Source of the DNA: an uncultured Candidatus Rokubacteria bacterium
Lineage (GTDB): Bacteria; Methylomirabilota; Methylomirabilia; Rokubacteriales; CSP1-6
DNA: 64,000 nt
Assembly (NCBI GenBank): GCA_963762145.1
Contig: CAVXJS010000014.1
Span: 320,001-384,000 of the forward strand
Direction: 5' to 3'
In this document: piece by piece, positions 8,963 to 19,064 of the stretch
Position numbering within the stretch: the stretch's first letter is position 1
How the letters are laid out: each line of letters begins with the position of its first letter
Translations under genes and position numbers: made by a program
Notes under the pieces: model-generated
Databases searched by the model: none
What the model was told of the DNA's origin: nothing
The model's input: only the letters and a program-made list of their open reading frames with translations

Positions 8963-9702
8963 TGGGCGTGCAGCTCGAAGCGTACCGGCAAGATGACCCA
9001 TACGGCGACTGCCTCCTTTCCTCGGCGAGCGGGCTCGAAGAGCCAGGTCCTGATCGCCTCGATGGCGGCGCGATCGAGATCCAGGCGCCCCGCGGAGCGC
9101 TGCACCTGCACGGTGCCGACCTTTCCGGTCGCGAGCACCTCGAAGCGAAGCGTGACGGTCCCTTCGGCGCCCTCACGTCGAGCCGCCTCCGGGTAGTGGG
9201 GGGTCGTTTGATAGCCGCCCAGCGGGCGGGCGAGCGACGTCACGCCCTCCCCGGAGCCGCTGGCGACCCCGGTGCCGACGCGCGGGCTGCCGCTCGGCGC
9301 GCCCGGGATGTCGGGGGAGGGCAGCAGGAGCCCACCCGCGCCGGCGGGGCCCGGGATGGGCAGGGCCGGACCCGGAGCCTCGGCCGACGCCATGTAGCGC
9401 CGGTCGGGTGAGGCGGTCGCCGGGTCCGGCGTGCGCGGACGAGGCGTCGGATCCTGCAACAGGTTCTGCAGCGGGGTGGCGCGGGTCACGCGGTTCGGCT
9501 GCGAGACCTGGCGCGGCGGCATCTTCGGCTTCTCGGGCGGGGCGGGCGGCGGCGGCTCCACGCGGACCATCTCGACCGGCACGAGCACGCGCTCGGGCTC
9601 GTGGCGCGCGACAGCCACCACCGAGGACACCGCCACGAGGCTCACCGCGTGGATGCCTACCGAGAGCCAGATCGGCCAGCCCGCCAGTCGTCCGTCGATC
9701 AT
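8959..9702 (-). CDS. tonB: Energy transducer TonB
   Basis: N-terminal TM with SxxxH, Pro-rich linker, YPEAARREGAEGTV..WLFEPA C-terminal domain; SD GAGGAG before ATG 9702. Confidence 0.9.
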   Translation of the reverse strand: MIDGRLAGWPIWLSVGIHAVSLVAVSSVVAVARHEPERVLVPVEMVRVEPPPPAPPEKPKMPPRQVSQPNRVTRATPLQNLLQDPTPRPRTPDPATASPDRRYMASAEAPGPALPIPGPAGAGGLLLPSPDIPGAPSGSPRVGTGVASGSGEGVTSLARPLGGYQTTPHYPEAARREGAEGTVTLRFEVLATGKVGTVQVQRSAGRLDLDRAAIEAIRTWLFEPARRGKEAVAVWVILPVRFELHAH

Positions 9703-9716
9703 CGCGGCGTGTCTCC

Positions 9717-10397
9717 TCATGTCTCGGAGCATCGGCGCAGCAGGTTGTGGTAGCAGCTCGTGAGCGCGACGATCCCCGGATTGTCTGGCGCATGCTCGCT
9801 GACCCGGCTGATCGCCATGTCGAGATCGAACAGCAGCGACCGTTCCCCGTCGTCGCGCACCATGCTCTGCACCCAGAAGATGGACGCGAGCCGCACCCCG
9901 CGGGTGACCGGGGTCACCCGGTGGAGGCTCGAGGCCGGGTAGAGGATCATGTCGCCGGCGGGCAGCTTGACCGAGTGCGCGCCGTAGGTGTCGTCCACCA
10001 CGAGCTCGCCGCCGTCGTACTCCTCGGGCCGGCTCAGGAACACCGTGGCGGACAGGTCGGTGCGGACCCGCAGCGGCGAGGTCGGGAGCTCGCGGATCGC
10101 GTTGTCGACGTGGGCGCCGAAGGCCATGCCCGGCTCGTAGCGGTTGAAGAGGGGAGGGAAGACCCGCAGGGGGAGCGCGGCCGCCATGAAGAGCGGCGTC
10201 CGCTCGAGCGCGGACACGATGACGTTGCCCATCTCGCGCGCTTCGGGCGTGGCCTCGTCCACCTGCCGGTTGTGCTTGACCCGGGCCGCCAGGTGGCCGG
10301 ACGTCTCCCGACCGTCCACCCACTTGGCGTCCTCCAGGAGCGCGCGGCAGTGCGCGACCTGTGCTTCGGTCAAGACCCGGGGAATGTGCAGGAGCAT
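9717..10397 (-). CDS. piuC: PKHD-type Fe(II)/2OG-dependent hydroxylase (PiuC/YbiX)
   Basis: MLLHIP.., [44 protein letters not shown]. Confidence 0.95.
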   Translation of the reverse strand: MLLHIPRVLTEAQVAHCRALLEDAKWVDGRETSGHLAARVKHNRQVDEATPEAREMGNVIVSALERTPLFMAAALPLRVFPPLFNRYEPGMAFGAHVDNAIRELPTSPLRVRTDLSATVFLSRPEEYDGGELVVDDTYGAHSVKLPAGDMILYPASSLHRVTPVTRGVRLASIFWVQSMVRDDGERSLLFDLDMAISRVSEHAPDNPGIVALTSCYHNLLRRCSET

Positions 10398-10405
10398 CGA
10401 GCGGC

Positions 10406-12598
10406 TCAGAACCTCCAGGTGCCGGTGAACAGGAAGGTGCGGGCGTTGCCCGGGATGACGTGGCCCGGGTGGATGGCGTCGAAGTACTGGGCGTCCGAGA
10501 TGTTGATCACGTTCAGGCGCAGCTCGAGCGGCCTGATCGGCTTGTAGCCGATCATCACGTCGCCGCGCACGTAGGACGGCACCACGTTGAGGTTGTCGTT
10601 GTTGGCGTAGCGCTTGTCGATGAAGTTCGCGCCGCCGCCCACCTGCCACTGCGCGGTGATGTCGTAGGTCGTCCACACGCTCGCCGAGCTCTCCGGCACG
10701 TTGGCGATCCGCTTGCCCTCGATCGGGACTCCGTTCTGGATGTCCTGCGAGGCGAGGATCCGCGAGTCGAGGTACGCGTAGGCGAGCCAGATGTTCCAGT
10801 TCCTCATGATCTGTCCCACCACCTCGACCTCGAAGCCCCGCACCCGCTGCCGGCCGTCGGTCACCTGGATGCCCAGGACCGGATCGGTGGTGCGGGCGTT
10901 GCGCTTGTAGGTCTCGAAGACCGCGGTGCGGACGCCGAGCGCTCCGTTGAAGAAGTCCCACTTGGCGCCCAGCTCGTACGTCTCGTTGGTCTCGGGGTCG
11001 GTCTGGGCGTTGTTCAGGGCGAGGGTGAGCGCCTCGGCCGAGGGGTTGAACGACTGACCCCAGGAGAAGTAGTAGGTCTGGCTCGGGGTGGGCAGGACGA
11101 TCAGGGCCGCCCGCGGGCTCAGCTGCTCGTCGTTCCGCGACAGCTCCTGGGCCGCGAAGCGGTTCCGCCAGTGGGCGTCGAACATGTCGTAGCGGAGCCC
11201 GCCCATGATCTTGAGCCATTCGGTGATCGCCATCTCGTCGACCGCGTAGACGCCGACGCTCGTCGCGTGGGAGGAGCCGTTGAAGTTCTTGACCCGGCTC
11301 ATGGTGGAGAGGTTCGGGTACGAGAACGGATTCACCAGCGTGGTGGGCGGCACGCCGGTGAACGTGTAGCGCTGCACTTCCTGGGTCTCGTAGGACGCGT
11401 CGACACCGCCCACCAGGGTGTGCTTGAACTGCCCCGTCTCGAACTTCGCCACCACCTCCGCGTTGTTGAGCACGTACTGGTCCAGCTGGGCCCGCTGGGT
11501 CCCGGTGCGGGTGACCTGGATCTGGTTCAGGGGCAGGGTGGTGAACGAGCCGCCCACGATGGCCGGGATCGACACGAGCGAGCCGCGGTCGAGGTTGGCC
11601 AGCCGCAGGGTGTTGCGGAAACGGATGTTCTCGTTGAAGTCGTGCTCGAAGCGGATCGTGCCGATGCTGACGTCGTCGTGCTCGTAGTCGCGGTTGGGCA
11701 GACCGTAGAAGTTCGCGTTGCGGACCGGCGCCGGCTCGCCCCGGAGATAGGGCAGGCCGTAGTCGGGGAGGTTGTCGTCCCCCTGGTAGAAGAAGCTGAA
11801 GATCAGCCGGGTCGGCCCGTTGAGCCCGATCGCGAACGAGGGCGCCACCCCCCACGTCTCGGTGTTGACCTCGTCGCGCCCGGGCGTGTCGCCCTTCGTG
11901 TACAGCAGGTTCAGCCGGCCGGCCGCGGAGGGGCCGAAGGGCTGGTTGATGTCCACGGTGGCGCGTCCCATGGGCCCGGAGCCCACCGTCCCGCTGACCT
12001 CGTAGAACGGGGTGAGCTTCGGCGACTTGCTCACCTGGTTGATGACGCCGCCGGTCGAGCCGCGGCCGAACAGCACCGAGGACGGACCCCGCAGCACCTC
12101 GACCGCCTCGAGGTTGAAGGTATCGCGCGGGTACTGTCCCAGATCGCGCACGCCGTCGAGGTAGATGTCGTTGCCGGCGTTGAAGCCCCGCAGCGTCAGG
12201 TTGTCGCCCTGGCGCCCGCCGCCCTCGCCCGCGGCCAGGCTGATGCCGGGCACGGTGCGGAGGGCATCGCGGAGGCTGAAGAACCCCCGCTCCTCGAGCA
12301 GCTTCTCGGGGATGATCGTGATGGACTGCGGGGTGTCCTGGATCGGGTCCGGCAGCTTGTACATGCTCGGCTCTTCGATCTTGTACTGGTTGCGCTGACC
12401 CTGGACGTTCACTCCCGGCATCGAGACGTCGTCCTTGCCGTCGCTCGGCTTCGATTCGGGGGACGGCGTCTGTCCCCAGGCCGAGGTGGCAGCGAGCGCC
12501 AGACCCATGCCGACGGTGGAGCCGAACAACCGGGTGAACGGAATCCTGCGCCGACTGGCGCGCTTGATGTTCCTGACGAATGCTCGACGGCGACCCAT
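10406..12598 (-). CDS. TonB-dependent siderophore receptor (Fiu/PiuA-like)
   Basis: [39 protein letters not shown] plug; SFNPSAE; C-terminal F; SD GGGAGG before ATG 12598. Confidence 0.92.
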   Translation of the reverse strand: MGRRRAFVRNIKRASRRRIPFTRLFGSTVGMGLALAATSAWGQTPSPESKPSDGKDDVSMPGVNVQGQRNQYKIEEPSMYKLPDPIQDTPQSITIIPEKLLEERGFFSLRDALRTVPGISLAAGEGGGRQGDNLTLRGFNAGNDIYLDGVRDLGQYPRDTFNLEAVEVLRGPSSVLFGRGSTGGVINQVSKSPKLTPFYEVSGTVGSGPMGRATVDINQPFGPSAAGRLNLLYTKGDTPGRDEVNTETWGVAPSFAIGLNGPTRLIFSFFYQGDDNLPDYGLPYLRGEPAPVRNANFYGLPNRDYEHDDVSIGTIRFEHDFNENIRFRNTLRLANLDRGSLVSIPAIVGGSFTTLPLNQIQVTRTGTQRAQLDQYVLNNAEVVAKFETGQFKHTLVGGVDASYETQEVQRYTFTGVPPTTLVNPFSYPNLSTMSRVKNFNGSSHATSVGVYAVDEMAITEWLKIMGGLRYDMFDAHWRNRFAAQELSRNDEQLSPRAALIVLPTPSQTYYFSWGQSFNPSAEALTLALNNAQTDPETNETYELGAKWDFFNGALGVRTAVFETYKRNARTTDPVLGIQVTDGRQRVRGFEVEVVGQIMRNWNIWLAYAYLDSRILASQDIQNGVPIEGKRIANVPESSASVWTTYDITAQWQVGGGANFIDKRYANNDNLNVVPSYVRGDVMIGYKPIRPLELRLNVINISDAQYFDAIHPGHVIPGNARTFLFTGTWRF

Positions 12599-12707
12599 GT
12601 GCGATGCCTCCCGGGAAAAGGTCACTGACCGGGCTGGCTAGCTTGGGTCGCGAAACCGGGGGCTGGCTAGCGAATCGTTTGGGCGGGGTCCTCGCGCTCG
12701 GGATCCG

Positions 12708-12736
12708 GCCCGCCCCGGTCCACGACCGGGGCGGGC
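12708..12736. repeat. Perfect 13-bp GC hairpin upstream of the receptor gene
   Basis: GCCCGCCCCGGTC-CAC-GACCGGGGCGGGC. Confidence 0.75.
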
Positions 12737-12774
12737 ATTAGGTAAACCTAATGAAGAAGGGTTGCCAACCCTAA
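12736..12774. promoter_or_regulatory. Two adjacent DtxR/IdeR/SirR-like operator palindromes
   Basis: CATTAGGT-AA-ACCTAATG (12736-12753) and AGGGTTG-C-CAACCCT within 12756-12774; AT-rich island upstream of the iron-uptake operon. Confidence 0.7.
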
Positions 12775-12811
12775 CTTCCGGCGGGTTCCGCCGGGTGGTG
12801 GTCGGAGGCTC

Positions 12812-14512
12812 CTAGCCGGGGAAATCCCGCAGGAGCCGGCCCGGCCGGCCGCAGCTGGCGATCACGCCCCGCTTGTCGGCGGTCCGGACCCCGTTGACCC
12901 AGACCCCGTGGAGACCCACGGCGGGCGTGTCGAGCCGGCTGGCCCCGGTAGGCAGGTCGTTCACGCGCCGCTTGCCTCCCCGGCCGACCGTCTTGGGGTC
13001 GAAGAGCATGAGGTCGGCCCAGGCGCCGGTCTGGAGCCGGCCCCGGTCCTGGATGCGGTAGGCGTCGGCCACCGCGCTGGTCACCGCCCGCACCGCCTGC
13101 TCGAGGGTCAGGTCGCCACGCTCCCGTGCCCAGTGCCCGAAGAGGTGCAGGCCGAAGCCGGCGTCGCAGAGGAACGAGAGATGCGCGCCCGCGTCGGACA
13201 GGGCCACCGCGGCGTGCGGATGGCGCAGCAGCCGCTTCACCTCGGTCTCGTCGATGTTGAAGAGACGGCAGTCGAACATGGCGTCGAGCTCACCGTCGAG
13301 GCCGAAATCGAGAAAGGTGTCCCACGGGTGCTGCCCGCGCTCGCGGGCCAGCGCGCCGATGGTCTGGCCCTCGAGGGCGCGGTGCTCCGGACGCTGCACC
13401 TCCGCGATCGTCAGGTGGTCCCAGTTCTTGTCGCTGAAGCGGTTCGGCACGCCCGGCTGGCCGATCTCCTTCTTCAGCGCGGCGCGGAACGACGGATCCG
13501 CCAGCACCGCCCGGTAGCGCGCTTCCTCGGCGGCCTCGATGGCGGGGCGCCAGGCGATGAAGGCCTCGAGCGGGTAGGGGTGCCGGAGCGTGAACTCCAT
13601 GCCGAGCGGGAAGCATCCCACCTGCGCCCACAGCTCGCGCCCGCGGCTCCGCGCGGCCTCGATCTCCCCCAGCTCGCGGAACACGCGGGTCGGATCGCCC
13701 GGGTCCACGAACATGGCCGCGATCATCACCGGCCGCCGGGTGGCCGCGGCGATACCCTCGAGCCACGGCACGGTGGAAGTCGAGCCCTTGGTGAGCATGA
13801 AGACGCCGCGCCCGACCTCGCCGAGCGCGCCGGTGAGCGCCGCCATCTCCCGCTCGTCGGCCAGCCGCGAGGGCATCGGGATGCCGTGCTCGCCGTTGTG
13901 CTGCTCGAGCGTGGAGGTGGCGAAGCCGATGGCGCCGGCCCGCAGCGCCTCCAGCACGATCCGCCGCATCTCCGCGATCTCGGCGTCGGTGGCCGTGCGC
14001 TTGCTGGCCTCCTCGCCGAGCACGTAGGTGCGCACCGAGGAGTGGCCGACGAACGAGGCCACGTTGGGCACGAGCCCGCGGCGCTCGAGCGAAGCGAGAT
14101 ACTCGGGATAGCTCTCGAAGTCCCACTGGATGCCCGCGCGCATGGCCTCGAGCGACATGCCCTCCACGTGGGTGAGGTTGCGCACGACGAGATCGCGGTT
14201 GGCGGGGCGGCACGGCGCGATCGTGAAGCCGCAGTTGCCGATCACCACCGTGGTCACGCCGAGGGAGGTCGAGGGGGTCGCGAAGGGGTCCCAGGTGAGC
14301 TGGGCGTCGTAGTGGGTGTGCAGGTCCACGATGCCGGGCGCCAGCACGAGGCCGCCCGCGTCCACCCGCTCTCGCGCGGCGCCGAGATCGCCGCCCCGGC
14401 GGTCGGCGCTGATCGCGGCGATGCGGCCGTCCCGGACCGCGAGGCTGCCGTCCCGCGCGGGCGTGCCGAGACCGTCGATGAGGCGGGCGTTGTCGATGAC
14501 GAGATCGTGCAC
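12812..14512 (-). CDS. N-acyl-D-amino-acid deacylase family amidohydrolase
   Basis: PGIVDLHTHYDAQ, GNCGF, SDAGAH, RGRL..ADL. Confidence 0.9.
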   Translation of the reverse strand: MHDLVIDNARLIDGLGTPARDGSLAVRDGRIAAISADRRGGDLGAARERVDAGGLVLAPGIVDLHTHYDAQLTWDPFATPSTSLGVTTVVIGNCGFTIAPCRPANRDLVVRNLTHVEGMSLEAMRAGIQWDFESYPEYLASLERRGLVPNVASFVGHSSVRTYVLGEEASKRTATDAEIAEMRRIVLEALRAGAIGFATSTLEQHNGEHGIPMPSRLADEREMAALTGALGEVGRGVFMLTKGSTSTVPWLEGIAAATRRPVMIAAMFVDPGDPTRVFRELGEIEAARSRGRELWAQVGCFPLGMEFTLRHPYPLEAFIAWRPAIEAAEEARYRAVLADPSFRAALKKEIGQPGVPNRFSDKNWDHLTIAEVQRPEHRALEGQTIGALARERGQHPWDTFLDFGLDGELDAMFDCRLFNIDETEVKRLLRHPHAAVALSDAGAHLSFLCDAGFGLHLFGHWARERGDLTLEQAVRAVTSAVADAYRIQDRGRLQTGAWADLMLFDPKTVGRGGKRRVNDLPTGASRLDTPAVGLHGVWVNGVRTADKRGVIASCGRPGRLLRDFPG

Positions 14513-14576
14513 GGGGAGGCCTCCTGGGGTCGTGGGGTGCCTGACCGCCCGAGGCTAGCCCGGGGGTGGAGGTGAG

Positions 14577-15770
14577 TCAACCGGTCCGCAGCGCCTCCGT
14601 GACCGGGATGCGCGCCGCCCGCACCGCGGGCAGGAGCCCGCCGGCCAGGCCGATGACCAGCGCCCAGGTGAGCCCGCGAAGGAGCAGGCCCGGTGTCACG
14701 CGGAAGTCGAAGGCCACCTGCGAGAACGTGTTGAAGTTGAGCGTGGAGAGCGAGGCGCCGTCGCAGTAGACGTAGGCGAGGCCCCCGCCCACCGCTCCGC
14801 CCAGGAGCGACAGCACGAGGGCCTCGATCATCACCGAGATGACGACCGGCGCGCCCCCGAAGCCAATGGCGCGCAGGGTCGCGATCTCCACCTGGCGGCT
14901 CGCGATCGCAGAGTACATGCAGTTGAGCGCGCCGAAGGTGGCGCCCACCGCCATGAAGGCGGCCACGGTGTAACCCAGCACGTTGATGAGATCGGAGAGC
15001 ACGGTGGCCTGCTTGGCGTAGTACTCGGGCTCGCGCAGCACGCTGATGGAGAAGCGGGGATCGCGGCTGACCGAGTCGCGGAAGGCGGCGAGGCCCGCGT
15101 CCGAGCCATCCGCGAGCCGGGCCGTCACCGACTGGTAGCCGGTGCGCCGGAAGGCGGACATGGCCACCTCGGCGTCGGCCCAGATCTCGGACTCGTGCAC
15201 GTCGCCCCCGCTCGCGAAGATGCCGACCACCGTCCAGTCGCTGTCCCGGAAGGCGATGCGCGAGCCGACCGAGAGGCCCGCGAACTGTGCGGCCGCCTTG
15301 CGGCCCACCACGACCTCGCGGACGCCGGGCTCGAAGCGCCGGCCCTCCACGAGGCGCGCCTCGTCCCGGATGTCGAACGCGGCGCGCTGCACGCCGCGAA
15401 AGGGCACGTTGTTGGGGTGGCTCTCGCCCTTGCGCGGCAGATCCACCATCACCACCAGCTCCGCGGAGGCGAGCGGGCGCCCGGCCGCGTCTCGGGCCAC
15501 GCCGGGCTGGGCCGCCAGCAGAATGGCCTGGTCGCGACCGACGCCGCTCGAGAGCTCCGCGTCGGACCCCGCACGCAGCATGATCACGCGATCCCCGCGC
15601 CCGGTGCTGGCCAGCGTGTGGCGAAAGCCCTCCGACATCGCCAGCACCGATACGAGAACCCCCACGACTCCCGCGATGCCCACGACAACCACGAGCGACG
15701 TGCCGATACGCGAGGGCAGGTTGCGTAGGTTCATGAGCGTGATGGCCGCGATCTGGGTCAGCGTGCGCAT
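14577..15770 (-). CDS. ABC transporter permease (MacB/FtsX family)
   Basis: TM1, periplasmic domain, EIATLRAIGF, LPAVRAARIPV; start ATG 15770. Confidence 0.9.
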   Translation of the reverse strand: MRTLTQIAAITLMNLRNLPSRIGTSLVVVVGIAGVVGVLVSVLAMSEGFRHTLASTGRGDRVIMLRAGSDAELSSGVGRDQAILLAAQPGVARDAAGRPLASAELVVMVDLPRKGESHPNNVPFRGVQRAAFDIRDEARLVEGRRFEPGVREVVVGRKAAAQFAGLSVGSRIAFRDSDWTVVGIFASGGDVHESEIWADAEVAMSAFRRTGYQSVTARLADGSDAGLAAFRDSVSRDPRFSISVLREPEYYAKQATVLSDLINVLGYTVAAFMAVGATFGALNCMYSAIASRQVEIATLRAIGFGGAPVVISVMIEALVLSLLGGAVGGGLAYVYCDGASLSTLNFNTFSQVAFDFRVTPGLLLRGLTWALVIGLAGGLLPAVRAARIPVTEALRTG

Positions 15771-15849
15771 CAAGTGGACCTGTGGTAGACGGACGTCCGC
15801 TCGCAGACCGGAACCGGCCACGCGCAAATGAATGATGCGGTGGGGGGGG

Positions 15850-15880
15850 TTGGGGGAGGAGCGCCGCCGCTCCCCCCCAA
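15850..15880. repeat. G/C-run hairpin in a 158-bp gap between two permease genes
   Basis: TTGGGGGAGGAGCG-CCGC-CGCTCCCCCCCAA imperfect inverted repeat. Confidence 0.6.
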
Positions 15881-15928
15881 TAAGATCAATGCCGTACCTG
15901 CGCGCGTCATGAACGCCCCGTTTGGCCT

Positions 15929-17092
15929 CTAGTGCCCGGACAAGGCGTCGACGATCTTCAGGCGGTTGGCGCGCAGCGCAGGGGGGAGGCCGATGCAGAG
16001 GGCGACGAGGGCCGCGATGACGGCTGCCAGGAGCCAGGTCTCGGGGCCGACGAAGAGCGGAGGGAAGCGGCCGCCGGTGGAGCCGTTGAGCGCGGGCATC
16101 GCGGCCACCGCCGCGCCCATGCCGATGCCGCCGCCCAGGATGAGCAGCAGCACCGCTTCCGCGATGACCAGCGCGGTCACCTTGCCGTCCGAGAAGCCGA
16201 GGGTTTTCAGAATCGCCAGCTCCGGGATTCGCTCGCGGATGGACTGGGCCATGGTGTTGCCGGTCAGGATCAGGATGGTGAAGAACACCGCGATCAGGAT
16301 GCGGGTGACGAGGGCGCCGATGTCGCCGATCTGCTTGGCGAAGCCCAGCGCGAACTCCTTCTCGGGCTGGGTCTTGGTCTCGTCCGGAGAGTTCGTGAAG
16401 AGGGTGTCGATGGTGGCCGAGATCGCCCGGGCCTGGGTCGAGTCGGCCACCCGCACGATGTACCAGCCGGTCTTGCCGCGGCCGATCTGGCGGGCCTCGT
16501 CGAAGTGGGCCACGTTGATCAGGACCATGTCGGTGTTGCCACGCACTGCCGGATCGTCGGCGTCGAGGATGCCGACCAGGTCGAACTCCCAGCTCATGCT
16601 GCCGTCGGCCTTCGCATGGATCTCCGAGCTGATCGGCAGCTTCTGCCCGACCTTCCAGCCGAAGCGGTCGGCGAGCCGCTTGCCCGCGATCGCGCCGGTG
16701 CGTGTCCGCGCGAAGGCCTCGCGCTGGGCGCGGTCGATGGTGAACTCCGGATACATGTCGAGGTAGCGCGCCGGGTCCACCGCGAAGACCGGGAACGCGT
16801 TGGACTCGTTCTGGTACTTGGCCCCGAACCAGTCCGCCGAGGCCACCCCCACCACGCCCGGCACCTGCTCGATCCGGCGCAGGTAGGACATGGGGAGCGG
16901 CTCGATGATGGAGTAGCGCGCGGTGGTGAGCAGCCGCTTGGCGTCGGCCGCGTCGGCGCCCGACTCGAACGCGACCTGGACCGCCTGCAGGAGACCGAAG
17001 AGCGCGAAGGCCACCACGATCGAGAGCAGCGTGAGGACGGTGCGGGTCTTCTTGCGGAAGAGCCCGGCCCAGAGCAGCGGAAGGTATCTCAC
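15929..17092 (-). CDS. ABC transporter permease (MacB/FtsX family)
   Basis: RKKTRTVLT, ERIPELAILKTLGF; GTG 17092 overlaps ATPase stop. Confidence 0.9.
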   Translation of the reverse strand: MRYLPLLWAGLFRKKTRTVLTLLSIVVAFALFGLLQAVQVAFESGADAADAKRLLTTARYSIIEPLPMSYLRRIEQVPGVVGVASADWFGAKYQNESNAFPVFAVDPARYLDMYPEFTIDRAQREAFARTRTGAIAGKRLADRFGWKVGQKLPISSEIHAKADGSMSWEFDLVGILDADDPAVRGNTDMVLINVAHFDEARQIGRGKTGWYIVRVADSTQARAISATIDTLFTNSPDETKTQPEKEFALGFAKQIGDIGALVTRILIAVFFTILILTGNTMAQSIRERIPELAILKTLGFSDGKVTALVIAEAVLLLILGGGIGMGAAVAAMPALNGSTGGRFPPLFVGPETWLLAAVIAALVALCIGLPPALRANRLKIVDALSGH

Positions 17093-17787
17093 GCGGACAC
17101 GGGCTCCGCGCTCATGGTCCCCTTGTCGAGGTGCACGCGTCGCCGCGCGTACTCGGCGGCCTTGGGATCGTGGGTGACCATCACCACCGTCTTGCCGTGC
17201 TCGCGGTTGAGCATCCGGATGAGGCGCAGCACCTCGTCGGCGGTGGCGCGGTCGAGATCGCCGGTCGGCTCGTCGCAGACCAGCAGGGTAGGATCGGAGA
17301 CGATGGCGCGGGCGATGGCGACACGCTGCTCCTGGCCCCCCGAGAGCTCGCGCGGCTTGTGCCGGGCGCGATCCTCGAGGCCGACGAGGGTCAGCGCGAT
17401 GCGCGCGCGGCGGTGGCGCTCCGACGCGGAGAGATCGGTCAGGAGCAGCGGCAGCTCCACGTTGCGCTGGGCCGAGAGCGCGGGGAGCAGGTTGTAGAAC
17501 TGGAAGACGAAGCCCACGTGGCCGGCCCGCCACGCGGCGAGCTCGCCGCCCGAGAGCCGGTCGATGCGCCGGTCGCCCACCGTGATGCTGCCGCCGGTCG
17601 GCGTGTCGAGCCCGCCGATTAGGTTCAGCAGCGTGGTCTTGCCCGAGCCCGACGGCCCCATGAGGGCCACGAAATCGCCGCTCGGGATGTCCAGATCGAT
17701 GCCGTGCAGGACCTCGATGCGCTCGCGGCCCCGCTTGTAGACCTTGGTGACTGCGCGGATCTCGACGAGGGTCTCCATCGCGATCAC
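17089..17787 (-). CDS. ABC transporter ATP-binding protein (LolD/MacB-type)
   Basis: GPSGSGKTT, LSGGQEQR, DEPTGDLD, VTHD. Confidence 0.95.
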   Translation of the reverse strand: MIAMETLVEIRAVTKVYKRGRERIEVLHGIDLDIPSGDFVALMGPSGSGKTTLLNLIGGLDTPTGGSITVGDRRIDRLSGGELAAWRAGHVGFVFQFYNLLPALSAQRNVELPLLLTDLSASERHRRARIALTLVGLEDRARHKPRELSGGQEQRVAIARAIVSDPTLLVCDEPTGDLDRATADEVLRLIRMLNREHGKTVVMVTHDPKAAEYARRRVHLDKGTMSAEPVSA

Positions 17788-19016
17788 TTGGCCTCGGCCG
17801 GAGTCACCGCCTGGCCGTCGGCGAGGGCGGGCGGCGGGGCGAGCACCACGCGCTCGCCGTCGCGCAGACCGCTCAGGACACGCCGCTGGCCCGAGACGTC
17901 GGGCCCGAGGGTCACGCTCCGGCGCTCGACCTTGCCGTCGCCGTTGTACACGAACACCACCCCCGCGTCGCCCTCGGCGCGCACCGCGTCCGCCGGCACC
18001 AGCACGCTGGGGGCGGGCGGCGGCGCACCGGCCGCGGGCTTGCCGTCGAGGAAGCCCACCCGTGCCCCCATGTCGGGCACGATGCGCTCGTCCTTCGCCT
18101 TGATCGCGATCCGGACCTTCACGGTGGCCTTGCTGCGGTCGGCGGTCGGGATGATCGCGATCACCTCGCCGGGGATCTTCCAGTCCGGATACGCGTTGAG
18201 CGTCGCCTCCACCGGCTGTCCTGGGGTCACGCGGTTGATGTAGGACTCGTTGACGTCCACCTGGATCTCGAGCGAGTCCATGTCCACGATGGTGCCGATG
18301 CCGGTCCGCGTGAAGCCGCCGCCCGCCGAGATCGGCGAGATCATCTCCCCCGGCTGGGCCGACTTGGCGACGACCACGCCGCTGAACGGCGCGCGGATCA
18401 CCGTGTTGTCGAGCTGCACCTGGGCCACCGACTGCGACTGCTGCGCCACCTTGACCTGCTCCTCGGTGGCGGCCAGGCGCGCCCGCAGCATGTCGCGCTG
18501 GGCCAGCGCGGCGTCGAGCGCCTGCGGGGCAATGAGCTTGCGGTCGGAGAGCTCCTGCTGGCGCGCGTGGTCCTGCTCGGCCTGGACGAGCTGGGCCCGG
18601 ACCTCCGCGAGCTGGGAGCGCGCGGCGACGAGCTGCGCCTGCGTCAGCCCGAGCTGCGCCTGTGCCTCGGTGTCGTCGAGGCGGGCGAGCACCGCGCCCT
18701 CGGGTACGCGCTGTCCCTCCTCGATCAGCACCTCGGTCACCTTGCCGGTGATCTTGGCTGAGACGGTGGCCTGGCGGCGAGCGGTGACGTAGCCGCTCGC
18801 GTCGAGGACCGAGCCGGCCCCGCCCCCCTGGCTGACCGCGCGCGCCACCGCGAGCTGCACCACCGGGGGCCGGGCGCGGAGGACGCCGAACCAGAGCCCG
18901 CCCCCCAGGAGGAGCACGGCGGCGACGAGGACGACGTACAGACGGGTGCGCCGGCGGGGCCGAGCGTCGGTCCCACGGTCGATACGCAACTGGCTGAGGA
19001 GGTCTGATTTCTCCAA
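17784..19016 (-). CDS. Efflux periplasmic adaptor (MacA/HlyD family)
   Basis: N-terminal TM, lipoyl halves (EEGQRV; IRAPFSG) around a coiled coil; TTG 19016. Confidence 0.9.
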   Translation of the reverse strand: MEKSDLLSQLRIDRGTDARPRRRTRLYVVLVAAVLLLGGGLWFGVLRARPPVVQLAVARAVSQGGGAGSVLDASGYVTARRQATVSAKITGKVTEVLIEEGQRVPEGAVLARLDDTEAQAQLGLTQAQLVAARSQLAEVRAQLVQAEQDHARQQELSDRKLIAPQALDAALAQRDMLRARLAATEEQVKVAQQSQSVAQVQLDNTVIRAPFSGVVVAKSAQPGEMISPISAGGGFTRTGIGTIVDMDSLEIQVDVNESYINRVTPGQPVEATLNAYPDWKIPGEVIAIIPTADRSKATVKVRIAIKAKDERIVPDMGARVGFLDGKPAAGAPPPAPSVLVPADAVRAEGDAGVVFVYNGDGKVERRSVTLGPDVSGQRRVLSGLRDGERVVLAPPPALADGQAVTPAEAK

Positions 19017-19064
19017 GACGTCCCAGTGTGCCACAGCCGGGCCCGGTGTTAGAATCGGTCCCCC

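Noticed and set aside
10361-12628. Long antisense or alternate-frame ORFs (e.g. 10361-12628 +, 27111-29207 -, 36751-38859 +, 59377-61779 -)
   Set aside because: Shadow ORFs expected from high GC3 bias opposite real genes; no motifs
12599-12811. Cobalamin riboswitch or Fur box upstream of the TonB receptor
   Set aside because: No B12-box or GATAATGATAATCATTATC-like sequence; receptor is siderophore-type with piuC
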